NCBI RefSeq assembly: GCF_024521635.1
Contig: NW_026250419.1
Location: forward strand, 372,001-436,000
Source: Tricharina praecox
Taxonomy: Eukaryota
Length of the DNA stretch: 64,000 bases
Reading direction: 5' to 3'
Shown: positions 60,265-64,000 of the stretch, one piece after another
Position numbering within the stretch: position 1 is the first letter of the stretch
Layout: every line of letters starts with the position of its first letter
Notes under the pieces: generated by a model
Told to the model about the DNA's origin: nothing
The model's input: the letters and a program-made list of their open reading frames with translations, nothing else
The model's database searches: none
Translations under genes and position numbers: made by a program

Positions 60265-60660
60265 ATGCAGTCAATCAGCACCCTCCTCCTCCTCCTCCTC
60301 CCCCTAGCGCTCGCACTCCCGTCGCCACAGGATGCGTCAACAGTCGAGCCGAACGCGTGCACGACGACATGCGCCAGCGACTTCGCCTGCGTCGACTCGT
60401 ACCCGGAGTCGTGCATCTGCTGGAACCAAGTGATCGCCGACTGCGCGGCGAAGTGCGGTCAGGCCCCGGCGCCGACGGCAGACGACTGCAGCGTCAAGCG
60501 GGCTGTCGGGTGCCAGTCGAATTGTGTGGGCAAATACGCGTGCCTCCAGGTCTGGCCGCAGAGCTGCTACTGCGAGAACGCCATCAAGACCCAGTGTGCG
60601 GCCGAATGCGGAGGCACGCCGACGCTGGCTACTTGCCCGCCGCTGGCTGCCGAGTCATAG
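60265..60660 (+). CDS. Small secreted cysteine-rich protein (131 aa) with two 8-Cys repeats separated by KR
   Basis: CACCATG start, signal peptide MQSISTLLLLLLPLALA, 16 Cys in two blocks with matching spacing, and strong GC3 codon bias. Confidence 0.88.
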   Translation: MQSISTLLLLLLPLALALPSPQDASTVEPNACTTTCASDFACVDSYPESCICWNQVIADCAAKCGQAPAPTADDCSVKRAVGCQSNCVGKYACLQVWPQSCYCENAIKTQCAAECGGTPTLATCPPLAAES

Positions 60661-61630
60661 GCTGGCTCGCGTTTTGGATTGGGGGTGCGCCGTTGCGTTT
60701 CAGTGCTGGTTGTTTCCGAGGTATCCACTCTACCGGAAAATCTGGGGAAAGTTGGGTTTATGGTTATTGGGATGGATGGATGGCATTGCTGCGGGGAACA
60801 TGTGGAAGGAAAGGGAAAAAACAATGTATGTAATCAAAATAAGCTTGTCGCCTGGGTATCCCCCCCTTGGGTCTGCGGGGGGATGGTTTCAAAGATATTG
60901 GATGTTGGTGCATTCTCATGAAATATGATTCGTTGTGATTCGGCCTCGGTATCTTCTTCTTGGTGGTGGTGGTGGTGCGGGTACAGTGGACAGGGCCGAA
61001 AGTAACAATGCATAGTAGGATAAACTTCGGGGCCCCGGTCAGAACGCATCCCCCCCAGACGCGCGTGAGATCTCATCTCATCCCCCATCTGAATATGCCG
61101 TGCCTGTCCGGTCCGATCACAGCCCATCACCTGCAGTTGTCAGCCTCCATTCGACATGCATGCTGACGGGAGACGGAGACGGAGACGGAGATAAGTCCAG
61201 TCCAGTCGCAACTACCGAACACCGAGCGCCGAGCGCCGAGCGGACAAAAGCAGGCTGACGAATCCAATCCAATCCAGGCGGCGCAGAAGTAAGCACAAAG
61301 CACACGCGCGCACCCACTCTCGAGCAAGCGCATACCTACTCTACCTACATACCTAGCCAAGTTGCCAAGTTGCCAAGTACTCTCATACCCATAGTTACCC
61401 AGCATGTATTGTGTTGTGTTGTAGTTTTCGGTCGGTCAGTCGGTCAGTCGGTCGTGTGGACTCCGGCCGTCCGTCCCTCCGTTCGTAAGCGCCTATGTGT
61501 GTCTCTGTGTCTCTGTGTGTGTGTGCTCGCGGGGGGAAGGCCCTCGAGCCTCGAGGAGAACACCCACTAACCAAAGGTGCCAAGGCTGGAGCCTGGGCGA
61601 GACCAGGCGAGACGGGAGCTCAGCGCGATG

Positions 61631-62118
61631 CGTGCCTTTCCTGCCTTACCTGCCTTTCCTACCGCTCCGAGCTCAGAGCTGAGAGCTCAAAGCTCAGAGA
61701 TCACAGCCGTCGGCGTTTCGTTCCGGTCGGTGGGCAGCTGCCAAGGTGCGGGTAGGTGCCTAATTAAGCGGCATGCGACTCGCGAGACCGTTAACCGTGG
61801 CTACATAAAGTGGGTAGAATAGATTCTGAGAGGGGCTCATTGGAGCAGGCGTTCGATCGGTGAGTGGGGGAGATGAGGCTTTCCAGCCTGCCTTCGTGCC
61901 TTTCCTGCCGTTTAGAGCTCAAAGCTTAGAGCTCGAGCTCACAGCCGTCGGCGTTTCGTTCCGTTCGATGGCAGCTGCCAAGAGGCGGGTATGTAGTTAA
62001 GCGACATGCGAGATTGTCGACCGTGGCTAGGGAGTTAGTGAGAGGGGCTCATTGGGGAAGGCAGACGTTCGGTAGGTGGGGGGGAGATGAGGCCAGCCAG
62101 CTAGCCAGCCTTCCTGCC
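61631..62118. repeat. Diverged non-coding tandem duplication (units about 61631-61894 and 61895-62118)
   Basis: Shared colinear blocks CGTGCCTTTCCTGCC, AGAGCTCAAAGCT, TCACAGCCGTCGGCGTTTCGTTCCG, GGCAGCTGCCAAG, ACCGTGGCTA, TGAGAGGGGCTCATTGG and GGGGGAGATGAGGC. Confidence 0.85.
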
Positions 62119-63825
62119 TTGCTGCCTTCCTGCGGGTGGAGAAGAGTGCAGTTTGCACTTTCCATGTAGTTATGTATGTATGATTCCATTCAATTCGATT
62201 TCATTCCACGTGCCGATGCGCAGAGGATGCTACCTAGAGTACTCTACATACGGTACTCTATCCCTGAGCAGTGGGCACGGAACCGCAAGATGGACGTTGA
62301 ATGGATGGATCTGACAGCCGTCCGGGGGATTGGTGCTGTTGGATATTGACATGTTTGGATACATGTTATCGGGCCCATGCGACGGCCAAAAGTGCAAAGT
62401 GCAAAGTGCAAACATCTCGAATGGAATAATTACACTTGTGTACAAACATCGGACTCATGCCCGTGCCGTGAGTCATGCACCAACATTCGCCCACGCAGCG
62501 CGGCGCAGCGATCTCAACTTGAAGCTCAACCTCAACCATTGGTTAAGGGAATCCAACATCAATTCATTGTATTTGTCGCATACCTACACATCTACGGCCT
62601 ATCTATGGCCTATCCACCGGTAACTACCAGTAGACTGTGACGTCCAACCTCAACCTCAACCTCAACCTCGAGTCCTCAACCGTTGCAATACCGAGTGAGA
62701 GCGTGGTGAATACGCACATTAAGCCCCCAGATCGAGTGACAGAGTCGAGACATGTTTCGACTATAGTGCCACCTACACGAGGATGAGATTAGTCGCTCAA
62801 ACAAACCAAAACCCCTCGTCGATGGATAAATCCCCATTGTCCGATTTTGTATGATACCAACATCGTATCGGACTCACCCGACGCCGCCGCATAAAACTGC
62901 CCATCCACGGTCCACCAACACCCGCCCACCCGCACACCCAACACCCGCACGCCCGCCATTCGCCGTTCGCCGTTCACCGTTCGTCCCCCGACCCGTTCCG
63001 ACCGACAGCGGTTTGCTATGTACCGGTATCATATGTAGAGTATGTAGAGTAGAGCACCAACACGACCCGCTCCGCTCGCGGATAGACATGCTTGCTTGCT
63101 ACTCTCACCACTCTACCCACCCACCCACCTATCATAGGTAGCCTCCGCCCTCGCCCTCGCCATCCGCCATCCGCGCCGCATACGTGCGTGCGTGCCAGCG
63201 TGCGTGTGTGCGTGTGAGCAGTAACCAATTTTTATTTTATTTTACCAATTCGATTCGATTGAGGAGCTTGGGCCTCCTCCTGCTATGTACCTCTGGAGCC
63301 TGGAGTTATATGTGGTAGTTATTACCGCGCAGCGCACACGATCCAGATTCCAGAGTTCTCAGTTAGTCGCGTCGTCGCGCTCCAGCCCCGAATCATGTGT
63401 AGAGTATGACAATGGTAAGAATACTCTACAGAACCCCATGCGACGATGACGCCAGCTGGGTAGATTGGACTGGATTGGATTGGGCTGGATTTGGATTGCC
63501 CCCAACTGTTTTTTGTTTTGTTTTGTTTGTTTTGTTTATGGGCGGCAGGCACAGCTTCTAGAGTACACACGATGACATCGCGTGGGCGTCTGTTGGGGTT
63601 CACTCTTCACTCCTGTCCGGCTGCCCCCCCGTTAACTGGAGGGCCCAGGCGCGGGTGCGTGGGGGGTCGGGGGTCGGGGGTCGGGGAGGCGGCGCGCGGA
63701 TGGGTAATCAAGACACTGCTTCATCTTCAGCTTCATTCGTCTTCCCGTCTCTCTCTCTCTCTCTCGGGGGAAGGGGGCGAAACGGCAGCCCCACTCGCTC
63801 GTCGCTCATTCGTCCCGACATGGTA

Positions 63826-63879
63826 GGGAAGGGACGGGAAGGGAAGGGAAGGGAAGGGAAGGGACGGGAAGGGAAGGAA
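63826..63879. repeat. (GGGAA/GGGAC)n pentanucleotide tract
   Basis: About ten consecutive GGGAM units. Confidence 0.85.
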
Positions 63880-64000
63880 CGGGCCGGCGAGGCGAACCCT
63901 TCCATCCATCCATCCATCCACCCGTCCATACCAGATGATAAGCGACTCGTTGGCACATCGCACCTCGCACATCCGCGCGGAAGAAAGTGCCGGCGGCGGC

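Overview
Eukaryotic DNA from a filamentous ascomycete. It has short spliceosomal introns with CTRAC/CTAAT branch sites, an intron-containing tRNA and microsatellite-rich intergenic DNA. A basal Pezizomycotina (Pezizomycetes-like) origin is my guess, not shown by the sequence. Bases 1-33,000 hold mostly conserved genes: a GPI-anchored protein, a degenerate RNase H-fold protein, tRNA-Leu(AAG), a TTC1-like TPR protein, a HAD phosphatase, MHF1/CENP-S (GC-AG intron), TBP, FIG4, a J-domain protein, PDX3, a G-patch protein and NOG1. Bases 35,000-64,000 are gene-poor and accessory-like: two orphan genes, a divergent Rho1-like GTPase, a Tsp3-like tetraspanin and a two-domain Cys-rich secreted protein. 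An inverted, module-shuffled family of disordered proteins (49.2-57.2 kb) flanks the tetraspanin. The top observation is in the best-preserved member (49179-51092, minus): a 638-codon frame broken by one TAG. The A of that TAG sits at the wobble-like position of an anticodon-like hairpin loop (CU-AGA-AG), and a paralogue keeps both the TAG and the pairing. This makes it a candidate for stop-codon repair by fungal A-to-I mRNA editing, which is inference and needs RNA data. No CRISPR array, rRNA or recognisable transposon was found. All splice models were read by eye.
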